Origin: Clostridia bacterium
Lineage (GTDB): Bacteria > Bacillota > Clostridia > UBA1212 > DUPL01
NCBI GenBank assembly: GCA_050951325.1
Contig: JBMNIW010000003.1
Location: 96,001-160,000 of the forward strand
DNA: 64,000 nucleotides
Reading direction: 5' to 3'
The stretch's first letter is position 1. Every line of letters starts with the position of its first letter. Both the position numbers and the translations under genes were made by a program. The notes beneath the pieces are model-generated. The model made no database searches. It was not told where the DNA came from and was given only the letters and a program-made list of their open reading frames with translations. This document shows positions 14,761 to 27,431 of this stretch, in pieces.

Positions 14761-16445
14761 TATTTGGACTTTGCCTTCTTAGCCCAGGAATCCTTCAAAG
14801 ACACAGTCCTATTGAACACAGGTTTCTCCGGTGTATGATCATTGTCTGTGCTGAAATATCCAAGTCTTAGGAACTGGAAGTGTGCATTCTTTTCACTATT
14901 GGCAAGAAAAGGCTCCACATATGCGTTTGTCACTACCTGCAATGAATCCGGATTCGCCTTGTCTACAAAATCAATTCCATCGGAATCATCCAAGGGGTCT
15001 TCCTGCAGGAACAACTTGTCGTACAAACGCACCTCGCTCTGTACCGCATTGTGTGCAGACACCCAGTGTATGGTACCCTTCACCTTTCTTGTTGGGAGCC
15101 ATCCACCTCTGGACTCAGGGTCATAAGTTGCGTGCACGACGGTCACATTGCCATTCTCATCGGTTTCATAGGATGTACATTTTACATAATATGCATACTT
15201 GAGTCTTACCTCATTGCCAGGATAAAGTCTGAAATATCCTTTTACAGGTTCTATCATAAAGTCTTCCCTTTCAATATAAAGAACCTTTGAGAACTCTACC
15301 TTCCTTTTTCCCATCTCAGGATTCTCTGGATTGACCTCCGCTTCAAATTCCTCAACCAAACCGTCTTCATAGTTGTCTATAACCAGCTTGATTGGATCGA
15401 GAACAGCCATTCCTCTTGGCGCAACTCTATTAAGGTCTTCCCTAACGTAATGCTCAAGTAGAGCATGGTCAACAACACTCAAAGTAGTCGAAACGCCCAC
15501 TGCCTCAATAAAGTTCCTTATGGCCTTGGGTGTGTAGCCCCTTCTTCTCAATCCGCGAAGGGTTGGCATTCTAGGGTCATCCCAACCCGACACTACATTG
15601 TTCTCAACCAGTCTTCTAAGCAGTCTTTTGCTCATAACAGTATGAGTGAGATTAAGTCTTGCAAACTCGGTCTGACATGGCTCGGGATCAAAAGGACCGC
15701 ACTCCCTGATAAACCAGTCATAAAGAGGTCTGTTGTTCTTGAAACCTATATCACACAAGGAATGAGTTATTCCTTCAAATGCGTCCTCAAGAGGATGCGC
15801 AAAGTCATACATGGGATATATGCACCATTCGTCACCTGTTCTGTGGTGTGTTGCATACAATATCCTGTAAATAACAGGATCCCTCATCACGATGTTTGGA
15901 GAAGCCATATCTATCTTGGCTCTCAATACCCTTGACCCTTCTTCAAATTCACCATTCTTCATGCGCTCGAACAGGTCAAGATTCTCCTCTATGCTTCTGT
16001 CCCGGTATGGACTGTTTTTGCCAGCTTCGGTCAAAGTTCCCCTATACTCCCTTATTTCATCAGGACTCAAATCGCATACGTATGCCAGTCCCTTCTTTAT
16101 GAGTTTTTTAGCACATTCGTACATCCTGGGGAAATAATCGGATGCGTAGTAAATGCCATCCCATTTGAATCCCAGCCATTTAATATCCTCTTTAATGGCC
16201 TCGACATACTCTTCATCCTCTTTTTCCGGATTGGTGTCGTCAAAACGCAGGTTGCAAAGTCCGCCAAACTTTTCGGCAGTCCCAAAGTCTACACAAATCG
16301 CCTTTGCATGTCCTATGTGCAAATATCCGTTGGGTTCGGGGGGAAATCTTGTGTGAACCCTTTTACCGTAATATCTGCCACCTTCTTTTATGTCGTTGGC
16401 CACCATTTCATGAATAAAGTTGGTTGTTACAAATTCGCTATCCAT
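14760..16445 (-). CDS. glnS: Glutaminyl-tRNA synthetase
   Basis: [56 protein letters not shown]. Confidence 0.96.
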   Translation of the reverse strand: MDSEFVTTNFIHEMVANDIKEGGRYYGKRVHTRFPPEPNGYLHIGHAKAICVDFGTAEKFGGLCNLRFDDTNPEKEDEEYVEAIKEDIKWLGFKWDGIYYASDYFPRMYECAKKLIKKGLAYVCDLSPDEIREYRGTLTEAGKNSPYRDRSIEENLDLFERMKNGEFEEGSRVLRAKIDMASPNIVMRDPVIYRILYATHHRTGDEWCIYPMYDFAHPLEDAFEGITHSLCDIGFKNNRPLYDWFIRECGPFDPEPCQTEFARLNLTHTVMSKRLLRRLVENNVVSGWDDPRMPTLRGLRRRGYTPKAIRNFIEAVGVSTTLSVVDHALLEHYVREDLNRVAPRGMAVLDPIKLVIDNYEDGLVEEFEAEVNPENPEMGKRKVEFSKVLYIEREDFMIEPVKGYFRLYPGNEVRLKYAYYVKCTSYETDENGNVTVVHATYDPESRGGWLPTRKVKGTIHWVSAHNAVQSEVRLYDKLFLQEDPLDDSDGIDFVDKANPDSLQVVTNAYVEPFLANSEKNAHFQFLRLGYFSTDNDHTPEKPVFNRTVSLKDSWAKKAKSK

Positions 16446-16446
16446 T

Positions 16447-17895
16447 TTAACCTCCCAGTTTGCTAATACCGTATTCCATTCTTTTTAGCGATTCTTCTTT
16501 TCCCAGTATCTCTGCAATTTCCGTTGCTCCTCCCGGACTTACCTCAACTCCACTCAAAGCAGTTCTCATGGGCCAGAGAATCTGACTGTTCTTACATCCT
16601 AATTTTGCAGCCAGCTCCTTGATTCCTTCATACAAGCTGTTTGATGTAAAATCTTGCGCTTCTTTCAGGTAGTCGAATCCCTCTTTCAGGTAAGTCAAAG
16701 AGTTCTCCAAATCGGTCTTCATTTTTTTATGCACATATATCTGAATATCATAATCGGGTAATTCTGCAAAGAACGATATCTTCCCCGGTATTTCTGTCAG
16801 CACTTCCGTTCTCTTTTGTATAAGTCCGGCAATCTTCTTCATCTGCTCTTCTGTCAACGAAGAATTGGTGCCTTTTTCGATATATGGTCTTGCAACGTCA
16901 TAAAACTCATCCAGGTCCATCCTTCTTATATGTTCGCCATTCATCCAAGTCAGTTTTTCAATATCGAAAATGGCTGGCGACTTGCTTAGTCCGTCCAGAT
17001 TAAAAGATTTTTCAAGCTCCTCAAGTGTGAAGATTTCCTCAGTATCTTTTGGACTCCATCCCAAAAGTGCTATATAGTTTAGTATCGCCTTGGGCAGATA
17101 ACCTCTTTCAACCAAATCCTGAAAAGAAGCATCCCCATGTCTTTTTGAAAGTTTGGTATGCTGGTCTTTCATGACGGGAGGAAGATGAATGTATGTGGGT
17201 ATCTCCCATCCAAAAGCACTATACAGCAGGTTGTATTTGGGTGTTGATGAAAGATATTCGTTTCCCCTTACAACATGCGTAATCTTCATCAGATGGTCAT
17301 CCACTACATTTGCAAAGTTGTATGTTGGATATCCATCGGATTTTAAAAGCACCTGATCCTCCAAAGTCTTGTTCTCAATTGTAATGTCGCCATATACCAC
17401 ATCGTGAAAGGTTGTTGTTCCTTCGGTGGGCATCTTCTGCCTGATTACATGCGGAACATTGTTCCTGAGGTTTTTCTCCACTTCTTCCTTGTCCAAATAA
17501 AAGCAGTGCCTGTCATAGTTTAAAGCATCGCCAAGTTCGGCAGCACTCTTCTTTAGAGAGTCGAGCCTTTCCTTTGTGCAGAAGCAGTAGTATGCCTCTC
17601 CCTTGTCCACCAATTCCTGAGCATACTTTTTATACAAATGCAGCCTTTCACTTTGGATATACGGTCCGTAATCTCCACCCACATAAGGACCTTCGTCGTA
17701 TTTGATACCTGTCATTTCAAGTGTATTGAAGATGGCATCCATGGCGCCTTCCACGTATCTTTCCTGGTCCGTGTCCTCTATTCTTAATATGAACTTTCCT
17801 CCGTTTGATTTTGCAATAAGATACTCATAAAGAGCCGTCCTCAAATTGCCTATATGCATGTACCCCGTTGGACTTGGGGCAAATCTTGTCCTCAT
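16447..17895 (-). CDS. gltX: Glutamyl-tRNA synthetase
   Basis: [33 protein letters not shown]. Confidence 0.97.
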   Translation of the reverse strand: MRTRFAPSPTGYMHIGNLRTALYEYLIAKSNGGKFILRIEDTDQERYVEGAMDAIFNTLEMTGIKYDEGPYVGGDYGPYIQSERLHLYKKYAQELVDKGEAYYCFCTKERLDSLKKSAAELGDALNYDRHCFYLDKEEVEKNLRNNVPHVIRQKMPTEGTTTFHDVVYGDITIENKTLEDQVLLKSDGYPTYNFANVVDDHLMKITHVVRGNEYLSSTPKYNLLYSAFGWEIPTYIHLPPVMKDQHTKLSKRHGDASFQDLVERGYLPKAILNYIALLGWSPKDTEEIFTLEELEKSFNLDGLSKSPAIFDIEKLTWMNGEHIRRMDLDEFYDVARPYIEKGTNSSLTEEQMKKIAGLIQKRTEVLTEIPGKISFFAELPDYDIQIYVHKKMKTDLENSLTYLKEGFDYLKEAQDFTSNSLYEGIKELAAKLGCKNSQILWPMRTALSGVEVSPGGATEIAEILGKEESLKRMEYGISKLGG

Positions 17896-17928
17896 GTCTT
17901 CCCTCCAATAATTACATATATCCTTAAA

Positions 17929-17957
17929 ATTATATAATCACTAATGAACCGTGTCAA
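17929..17957 (-). promoter_or_regulatory. sigmaA promoter of the gltX operon
   Basis: TTGACA(17957-52)-17-TATAAT(17934-29). Confidence 0.85.
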
Positions 17958-17963
17958 CAAGCT

Positions 17964-20026
<2,063 letters not shown>

Positions 20027-20059
20027 ATTAATGACAGTATTTCACAAACAGCAACAAGA

Positions 20060-21004
20060 CTACATGAGGTACTCGGATATGTCTCCAAAATCAAATCCTT
20101 TGTGGAATGCCATGTTCAATCCATCTGATATCGCAGTGGCCATTCTCTTTATACTAATATCTATATTCTTGGGTGTCACCACCATGTCTGCACCGCAGGT
20201 TTGTGATATGCTGGTTATCAAACTTGGCTCCAACTCTCCACCTTCCGCTTTTTCAAGAAGGTCTTTCGCCAAAGTCAATGCGTCCACAACAGTCGGCACA
20301 CCTATCGATACTACCGGTACTTTTAATGTTTCCTGGGACAGCTCCATTCTTCTGTTTCCAACTCCCGAACCAGGAACAATGCCTGTATCGGACAGCTGTA
20401 TTGTTGTGTTTATTCTCGATGTTTTTCTTGATGCGAGGGCATCAATGGCAAAGACAATATCCGGTTTAATCTTTTCAACCAAACTGAGTACTATTTCACT
20501 CGTCTCAATGCCCGTTATACCAAGCACTCCGGGAGCGACGGCACAAACATTTCCAAGACGCTCATCCAATTCCAGTTGAAGGCTTTTATCTGTAATGGCA
20601 TGTCTTGTTATTATCATGGTTTCGACCACCTTGGGCCCCAGAGAGTCCGGTGTTATGTTTCTGTTTCCAAGACCCGCAACCATGATGGAAGGATCCTTTT
20701 TATGAAGTCTTTTTGTAAAGTACTCTACCTCATCGCAGAGGGTGAACGCCAGTTCCCTGTGTACATCCAGGGTGTTCAACTCTCCCTCTTTAAGTTCAAG
20801 GGTTACATAGATACCCTTCTTCTTCCCTATTACCCTCTCTGCCTCATCGCTTTCTATCTTTATGCGGGTTATAAGTATGTGGTCCTTTTCCTCCGTAGTA
20901 ACAGTCATTCCTTCAGGCAGCTGTCTTTGTGCCTTCATTACACCTGATCGCTTTTCATCAATCATTTCTCGAGCTTCAAGTGCCAAGTCTGTTCTCATTT
21001 GCAT
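20060..21004 (-). CDS. gpr: Germination protease GPR
   Basis: RTDLALE, GLGNRNITPDSLGP, AIDALASR, PGSGVGN, VTPKNID. Confidence 0.96.
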   Translation of the reverse strand: MQMRTDLALEAREMIDEKRSGVMKAQRQLPEGMTVTTEEKDHILITRIKIESDEAERVIGKKKGIYVTLELKEGELNTLDVHRELAFTLCDEVEYFTKRLHKKDPSIMVAGLGNRNITPDSLGPKVVETMIITRHAITDKSLQLELDERLGNVCAVAPGVLGITGIETSEIVLSLVEKIKPDIVFAIDALASRKTSRINTTIQLSDTGIVPGSGVGNRRMELSQETLKVPVVSIGVPTVVDALTLAKDLLEKAEGGELEPSLITSISQTCGADMVVTPKNIDISIKRMATAISDGLNMAFHKGFDFGDISEYLM

Positions 21005-21037
21005 AAATCTTCCTCCTGATCAAACAAATTTACTTTA

Positions 21038-21065
21038 AGTTTGTCCAATCTGGAAGATTTTATGC
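21038..21065 (-). promoter_or_regulatory. Forespore (sigmaF/sigmaG-type) promoter of gpr
   Basis: GCATA-14 nt-GGACAAACT; gpr is sigmaF/G-dependent in Bacillus subtilis. Confidence 0.6.
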
Positions 21066-21066
21066 A

Positions 21067-21095
21067 TAAAAAAAACGTGTTGAACACGTTTTTAT
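21067..21095 (-). terminator. Terminator after rpsT
   Basis: aaaaacgtgtt-g-aacacgttttt with a long U tract on the minus strand. Confidence 0.7.
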
Positions 21096-21106
21096 TAGAA
21101 AGTCAA

Positions 21107-21373
21107 TTATTGACTGACACTGGCATTAAGTGCTTTTGCAAGTTTGGACTTCTTGCGGGCGGCAGTATTCTTGTGAATAAGACCTTTTGCGGCTGCCTGG
21201 TCGATTTTCTTTATAGCCACTCTAACAGCCTCAGCTGCCTCTGGTGCATTGTCAGTTGCAGCATTTCTTGCCTTCTTTATATATGTTCTTAAAGCAGATC
21301 TCTTTGCCTTGTTAGCCGCTGCTCTCTTTCTGGCAATTAATACTCTTTTCTTTGATGACTTGATATTTGCCAA
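21107..21373 (-). CDS. rpsT: 30S ribosomal protein S20
   Basis: ANIKSSKKR...IHKNTAARKKSKL; TTG start at 21373 after GGAGGTGA. Confidence 0.97.
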   Translation of the reverse strand: MANIKSSKKRVLIARKRAAANKAKRSALRTYIKKARNAATDNAPEAAEAVRVAIKKIDQAAAKGLIHKNTAARKKSKLAKALNASVSQ

Positions 21374-21530
21374 ATTATTCACCTCCCGCAAAACAATTTA
21401 ATTGATATAGTGAAAAAAAATTCACGTCTCTTATTTTACCATAAAAAATAAAATATGCAACAAAAAATTTTAAACCGCCTGCTTGAGCCAATTACCTCCT
21501 GCTACTGCATGATTGTCATACAGTCAGCAT

Positions 21531-22520
21531 TTATTTACCAGAACGTGAGCCTGCAACTATAAGTTCCAGAGCTGTTTCGTCCTTTATTAACCCGTTTTTG
21601 ATATCCTCGTCCATTTTGAGGCAGTTCTCAAAGCTGTCCTTCAGTTCTTTTTTAGAAAATCTTCTGCACTGATCCACCAACTTTCTAGCTACAAAATCTC
21701 TTACACCCAGTATCGCAACCACATCCCTGACACTTCCCCCATCATCGATAATGCATTTTGTGTCATAAAGCTGCAAAAACTGTCTTGCAACCATGACGAT
21801 TATAAACTGGGTGGATTCGTTGTTGTCCAACAAAAACTTAAGAGCTGTCAATGCCTTTCCCGAATCCTTTAAAGACAAAGCATCGGTAAGGTCAAATATC
21901 CTTTGGCTGGTGGACAACTTACATACTTTTCTTACATGCTTATCAGTAATAACATCACCTTCAACCGTATATTTTATCAGCTTGTCCAGTTCATTAAGAA
22001 GCATAACAAGGTCATCTCCAAGACCCGATATCATAAGGTTTATTGCATCCATGGTTATCTTTCTGCTTTGCTGCATGGCTGCCTTTGTGAGTATTTTACC
22101 TATCATCGTATCGTTTTGACGGACGCATTCAATCACAATGCCGTATTTGTCCAGCGTTTTGTATGCCTTTGACCTTTTGTCCACATTGTCTTCTCTAAAC
22201 ACAAGGCAGGTAAACTCGGGAAGATCCGAAAGAAAATCCAGATCCAAGTTTGCAGTCCCCTTGCCGCTAAAAAATTCACTGTTCTTTACAACAATCAATT
22301 TCTTCTGTCCAAACATGGGCATTTCATCACATAAATCAGATAGCTCTCTTGCATTTATTTTCCCGTCAATTTTTATATAATTGAAATCATTATCACCCAA
22401 GAGTGCGTTTCTTATTGATTTAATATAGTAATCCTTCATATATTCATCAATACCATAAAACAGATATAAGCTTCCTATTCTTCCCTCTCTAAGGGATTTG
22501 TTGAATTCCTGGTAAGTCAT
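21531..22520 (-). CDS. holA: DNA polymerase III delta subunit
   Basis: LYLFYG, MPMFGQKKLIVV, NELDKL, IFDLTDA; follows comEC. Confidence 0.9.
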   Translation of the reverse strand: MTYQEFNKSLREGRIGSLYLFYGIDEYMKDYYIKSIRNALLGDNDFNYIKIDGKINARELSDLCDEMPMFGQKKLIVVKNSEFFSGKGTANLDLDFLSDLPEFTCLVFREDNVDKRSKAYKTLDKYGIVIECVRQNDTMIGKILTKAAMQQSRKITMDAINLMISGLGDDLVMLLNELDKLIKYTVEGDVITDKHVRKVCKLSTSQRIFDLTDALSLKDSGKALTALKFLLDNNESTQFIIVMVARQFLQLYDTKCIIDDGGSVRDVVAILGVRDFVARKLVDQCRRFSKKELKDSFENCLKMDEDIKNGLIKDETALELIVAGSRSGK

Positions 22521-22535
22521 CTGCGCCCCTCCTTC

Positions 22536-24692
22536 CTATAAATACTTCTGGATTCTTATGCTTTTTCCCTTCACCTTGATAATAACGGCACCATGATGAT
22601 CCGTCCTGTACAACTCACAATCTTTAAATCTTTCCAATACGATATCATCAGGATGACCAAACTTGTTTTTCCGTCCAACACTTACAACAGCAACTTCAGG
22701 TCTTGCTCTTTCAACAAACCCAGGTGTAGAACTGGTATTGGAACCATGATGGGCAACCTGTATAATGTCACAGTCTTCTATTTCGTTCATCCTGATATAA
22801 TAAGATTCTGCTTCTTTTTCAATATCGGAGCAAAAAAGCATTTTCTTTTGCTCCAACTTCAATTTTATCACTAAAGAAGAATTATTTAAAGATGCGATGT
22901 CCTTGTAAAACAGAATTTCTGAATAAAAGGAACTACCTGCTTCATAAACCGTCTTGTTTGATACATATACTACCTTTACACCTTTTCTTTTTGCATACTC
23001 TGCAATTTTCATGACTTCCTCATCATATTCATTGTCAGGAATAAACAAATAATTCACCTTAATTATATCCAAGACATCGTAAACACCGCCATAATGGTCC
23101 GAATGTCCGTGCGAAACTACAACAAAATCCAATTTGTTCGTTCCTCTTTTTAAAAGAAGCTGTGATACATTGACAAAACCCTCTCCAGCATCAACCAGTC
23201 CCTTAACCCCACATTTTGTTGAAATAAAAATACTGTTTCCCTGACCTACATCAAAAAACACAACTTCTGTAACCGCTGATGTGAGTATTATCAAAATAGC
23301 CATAAACGCCGGAATTCCCCTCATTACGTAAATCTTTGGTATTTCTATTTTTTTCTTTGAATTCTTGATTAAAAACAAAACAATCAAAAGGTAATATAAT
23401 ATATACAAAGTCAGACCCTTTGATGGAACAATTATTTCTGTTAAGAACTGTGGCAAAAAACTTGAAGACTCCATAACCTTGGTCATAAAATATAGCATTG
23501 AATGCAGAATATAGGATAGGAAAACTGCCAGGTATTTGAGGTGAAGAAAATCCACAAGGCACAATAAATACCCAATAACAAGAATGCCTGACGCAATGGG
23601 ACCTGCAATACATGTAAACAGAACTCCCACAAGATTAATTCTGTTGAATACATTCCACATTACAGGAAAAAGTCCCATGTTTACAGATATTCCTGTAAAA
23701 AACGAATCCAAACTTATTGACAGCACCTTGCTCTTTTCATATCCACCTCTGCCTCTGCCGCTTCCTCCTCCAGTCTTGACACTCCTGTAACCTTTCTTTT
23801 CAAAGAATCTTACTACTGCAGGTTGAATGATATATATGGAAAAAGCACAACTGTAGGAAAGTATAAATCCCAAGTCATATATCGAATAAGGATTTCTCAA
23901 TATTTGCATAATTCCTACAAAGCCTAGAACATTCAAGGAATCTCTTTTCCTTCCCAGCAAAAGTGCTATAATCCCCATTATTTGCGACATAACCGCCCTG
24001 AAAACGGACGGGGTCATGCCGGTAACAACAAGGAAAAACAAAAGCGGCAATACAAGCAATATGTTCCTGACCCATATGTTCAAATACTTTATCCTTAATC
24101 CTTTCCTGAAAGGCGTAAGGAACATGATGACATGGGTGCCGGACACCGCCATAAGATGGGCAAGCCCCGAGAGATGTATGCTCTCTTTGAGATTGTCGTC
24201 AATGGATTTTGCCTCTCCCGTCATTATGGCCATCGCAAGTGCGCTTCTGTCACCCAGATACTTTTTCAAACTTGCTGACATCCTGGTTCTTACAGAGGCT
24301 CCCCATGCAGTCAGGGAAGCCGGATTATCATCAAGTATCTCAATATCCTTTCTACTCACATAAGCCTGATACTTGACACCCTTTCCCAAAAGGTATTTCC
24401 TATAGTCAAACTCGCCAGGATTTGTTGCACACACAGGCACTGAAAGTTTGACAGATGCTTTTATCCTTGCTCCCTTTGACAATACATAATCATCAAAGTC
24501 AGCAGTGAGAAGAACATTGAATTCATCTGTCTCAATAACGTATTGTCCTTCCTTGTTCCATGGGGCCTTGTACACAATTCCTTTTATGCTTTTCCTTTCT
24601 GTCATTGCAGCTTCCTTTTTGGGGGAAGATGCATAGATATATGAAAGCAGCAACGACACAAGAAACAATACCAAAAAAAATCTATGGCGCAT
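22536..24692 (-). CDS. comEC: DNA uptake channel ComEC/Rec2
   Basis: NPGEFDY, HLMAVSGTH, PSVFRA, FDVGQG, SHGHSDH, NNSSLV, HHGS, FGHP. Confidence 0.93.
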   Translation of the reverse strand: MRHRFFLVLFLVSLLLSYIYASSPKKEAAMTERKSIKGIVYKAPWNKEGQYVIETDEFNVLLTADFDDYVLSKGARIKASVKLSVPVCATNPGEFDYRKYLLGKGVKYQAYVSRKDIEILDDNPASLTAWGASVRTRMSASLKKYLGDRSALAMAIMTGEAKSIDDNLKESIHLSGLAHLMAVSGTHVIMFLTPFRKGLRIKYLNIWVRNILLVLPLLFFLVVTGMTPSVFRAVMSQIMGIIALLLGRKRDSLNVLGFVGIMQILRNPYSIYDLGFILSYSCAFSIYIIQPAVVRFFEKKGYRSVKTGGGSGRGRGGYEKSKVLSISLDSFFTGISVNMGLFPVMWNVFNRINLVGVLFTCIAGPIASGILVIGYLLCLVDFLHLKYLAVFLSYILHSMLYFMTKVMESSSFLPQFLTEIIVPSKGLTLYILYYLLIVLFLIKNSKKKIEIPKIYVMRGIPAFMAILIILTSAVTEVVFFDVGQGNSIFISTKCGVKGLVDAGEGFVNVSQLLLKRGTNKLDFVVVSHGHSDHYGGVYDVLDIIKVNYLFIPDNEYDEEVMKIAEYAKRKGVKVVYVSNKTVYEAGSSFYSEILFYKDIASLNNSSLVIKLKLEQKKMLFCSDIEKEAESYYIRMNEIEDCDIIQVAHHGSNTSSTPGFVERARPEVAVVSVGRKNKFGHPDDIVLERFKDCELYRTDHHGAVIIKVKGKSIRIQKYL

Positions 24693-24752
24693 ATACTAAT
24701 TATACATCGCCATAGCATTTTTGTATCCTTTGGGGAATATTACCCGATATTA

Positions 24753-25124
24753 TTATGAATTTTTACTTTTTGGTTTTGAAACAAATGATGCAACAAGACC
24801 AAAGAATATGGCCATTGCAATACCGGAAGCCACTGCTTCAAGACCTCCGGTAAGAATTCCTACGAACCCCTTTTCATCTATAGCTTTGAAGACACCCTTG
24901 CATAATGCATATCCAAAACCCGTCAATGGTATTGTAGCTCCCGTTCGCCCTATTTTCACCAGTTTGCCATATACTCCTATGGCTGTCAGAAAGACACCTG
25001 TAACCACGTACAGAACAAGTATTCTGGCAGATGTGAGTTTTGTCTTGTCAATCAGTATCTGTGCCACAACACATAATAGACCACCTGTTACAAACACGGC
25101 AAGATATTTCAAAAAAGTGTCCAT
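24753..25124 (-). CDS. spoVAE: Stage V sporulation protein AE(b)
   Basis: GGLLCVVAQILID, GATIPLTGFG. Confidence 0.92.
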   Translation of the reverse strand: MDTFLKYLAVFVTGGLLCVVAQILIDKTKLTSARILVLYVVTGVFLTAIGVYGKLVKIGRTGATIPLTGFGYALCKGVFKAIDEKGFVGILTGGLEAVASGIAMAIFFGLVASFVSKPKSKNS

Positions 25125-25139
25125 TCAATCACTTCCCAT

Positions 25140-26150
25140 CTACATATTCTGTATTGATACCGCATGCGCAATTCCAATAATTGATTCACCCTGCTTGGTG
25201 GATACGGGACTCATCAATGCACCCGTGGCTACAAACAAAACCTTGTTAATAGCAGCTTCCCTCAGCTTTCTCAGTATATATCCATTAAGGACAACAGCAC
25301 TGCAGGCACATCCACTGCCTCCTGCGCAAGTCCCCTGTTTTTCAGGGTCAAATATCATCTCTCCGCAATCTTTCATATCTATGTCCAGGCCGTTTTTCTT
25401 CAATACTTCCATACACAATTTTTTACCCGTGATTCCCAGGTCTCCTGTTACTATCATATCATAATAGTCTGGTGAAAGGTTTAAATCCGACAGGTGAGCC
25501 TGTATTGTAAAAGCTGCAGCAGGAGCCATTGCCGCTCCCATGTTGTTGACGTCCTTTACCTCATAATCCACCATCTTGCCAGGTGTTACAGATACAATAA
25601 CGGGGCAGCTTTCCTCTGAATTATTCGATGACAGAAGGCATGCACCTGCACCAGTTACAGTCCACTGCGCATCAGGCGCCCTTTGGTTTCCCAGTTCCAT
25701 TGGAAACCGGAACTGCTTTTCCGCTGATGCAAAGTTACTGGAAGTCAGGCACACCGCATTATTCACACCTCCGCCGTCTATCAAAAGGGATGCCAATATC
25801 AATGACTCCGCCATGGTTGAGCATGCGCCGTACAGACCGAAGTACGGTCTTCCGGTTTTTTTAAGACCGTTGCCTGTTGCGATGCACTGGTTTAAAAGAT
25901 CTCCTGCAAATATGCAGTCCACCATGTTCTCATTAATCTGGCTTTTTGCGAGCAGTTTTGCATATGTCGCTTCTACAAACCTGGCTTCCGCCTTTTCCCA
26001 AGTGTCCTCTCCAAAATCCTCATTCTCTTTCTGGTCAAAGTATTTGCCTAAAGGCCCTTCCTTTTCCTTCGGCCCTACTATGCAAACACCTTCCTTCCAA
26101 TATACCTTTCTATCCAATACAAAAGTTTGATTTCCAACTTTCTGTGCCAT
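25140..26150 (-). CDS. spoVAD: Stage V sporulation protein AD
   Basis: GPKEKEGPLG, AGDLLNQ, GLYGACST, MGAAMAPAA, TGDLG, GGSGCAC. Confidence 0.96.
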   Translation of the reverse strand: MAQKVGNQTFVLDRKVYWKEGVCIVGPKEKEGPLGKYFDQKENEDFGEDTWEKAEARFVEATYAKLLAKSQINENMVDCIFAGDLLNQCIATGNGLKKTGRPYFGLYGACSTMAESLILASLLIDGGGVNNAVCLTSSNFASAEKQFRFPMELGNQRAPDAQWTVTGAGACLLSSNNSEESCPVIVSVTPGKMVDYEVKDVNNMGAAMAPAAAFTIQAHLSDLNLSPDYYDMIVTGDLGITGKKLCMEVLKKNGLDIDMKDCGEMIFDPEKQGTCAGGSGCACSAVVLNGYILRKLREAAINKVLFVATGALMSPVSTKQGESIIGIAHAVSIQNM

Positions 26151-26155
26151 ATCGA

Positions 26156-26587
26156 TTACCTCGTCAATAGAAAATATATTAGACCAACCAACACAGTGGA
26201 AGAAATACCATAAACAAGAACGGGGCCGGCTACAACAAACATTTGTGCGCCGACACCCATTATACGGCCTTCACTGCGAAACTCCATTGCAGGAGACACT
26301 ATTGAATTTGCAAAACCTGTTATTGGTACGATACTTCCCGCTCCTGCAAACTTCCCTATATTGTCATAAACATTCAATGCAGTAAGCAATGCTCCCAAAA
26401 ACACCATGAATACTGTAGTATGGACCTTGTTTACCTCTTCTGAAAAAGGCAATATGTCATTATATATCTGTGCAATAACACAGATAATTCCTCCAACAAG
26501 AAAAGCTCTGAGACAGTTGACAAAAACATTTGATTTTCCCGAATGTTTTTCAACCAGCTTTGTATATTCCTTTTGCTCCAAATTCAT
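26156..26587 (-). CDS. spoVAC: Stage V sporulation protein AC
   Basis: AFLVGGIIC, GAGSIVPITGFANS, AGPVLVYG. Confidence 0.95.
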   Translation of the reverse strand: MNLEQKEYTKLVEKHSGKSNVFVNCLRAFLVGGIICVIAQIYNDILPFSEEVNKVHTTVFMVFLGALLTALNVYDNIGKFAGAGSIVPITGFANSIVSPAMEFRSEGRIMGVGAQMFVVAGPVLVYGISSTVLVGLIYFLLTR

Positions 26588-26666
26588 AACTTGACCTCCA
26601 AACATGGTTTACATATATTTTATCGCCATGTTTGGAAGCAATACATGCAAAAGTTGACATGATTTA

Positions 26667-27431
26667 TCAGTTTATGGCATCCAAATTGTTTCTGATTTTT
26701 TTCAATATTTTTTTTTCCAATCTTGAGACTTGTACTTGTGATAGGCCTAATAGTTCTGCAATTTTAACCTGGGTCATTTCCTTGAAATATCTTAGAATGA
26801 TTATTTGCTGTTCTGTTTTGTCAAGTTTTTTGATGGCGTTAACCAGTGCCATTCTTTCGAGCAGTTCGTTCATATCGTTGTCCTGGCCTTGTGTGTTTTC
26901 ATCCGCCAGTTTGTCTATCAGGTAGAGCGGCGACGAGTCATTGTCATTTGTTACTGCGTATATGGATTCGGGAGTCTGTCCCGCTTCCAAAGCCATTGTC
27001 AGTGTTTCAACGTCAACATCCAGCCTTTCAGCCAGTTCCTTCAAAGTGGGCTCTCTTCCCTTCTCCCTGCTCATGATTTCCGAGACACCCTTTGCCTTTA
27101 CATACAACTCTTTAGTCTGACGAGATATTTTAATTATACCGTCATCCCTGAGATATCTTTTGATTTCACCCGCAATCATGGGTACTGCGTAGGTGGAGAA
27201 ACATACATTGTAGCTTGTGTCAAAGTTCCTTATTGCCTTCATTAGTCCGATTGTTCCAATTTGATATAGATCTTCCGGTTCCACACCTCTGTTTGTGAAT
27301 CGTTTTACCACACTCCACACAAGTCCGGTATTCTTTTCAACAAGAGCACTCATCGCCTCGTTGTCACCATTTGCGGCTTTTATCAAAAGTTCCCTTGATT
27401 TTTCATCATGGAACTCATTCAATTCCATCAC
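26667..27431 (-). CDS. sigF: Sporulation sigma factor F
   Basis: EDLYQIGTIGLMKAI, FSTYAVPMIAGEIKRYLRDD, SQVQVSRLE; third gene of the spoIIA operon. Confidence 0.94.
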   Translation of the reverse strand: MMELNEFHDEKSRELLIKAANGDNEAMSALVEKNTGLVWSVVKRFTNRGVEPEDLYQIGTIGLMKAIRNFDTSYNVCFSTYAVPMIAGEIKRYLRDDGIIKISRQTKELYVKAKGVSEIMSREKGREPTLKELAERLDVDVETLTMALEAGQTPESIYAVTNDNDSSPLYLIDKLADENTQGQDNDMNELLERMALVNAIKKLDKTEQQIIILRYFKEMTQVKIAELLGLSQVQVSRLEKKILKKIRNNLDAIN

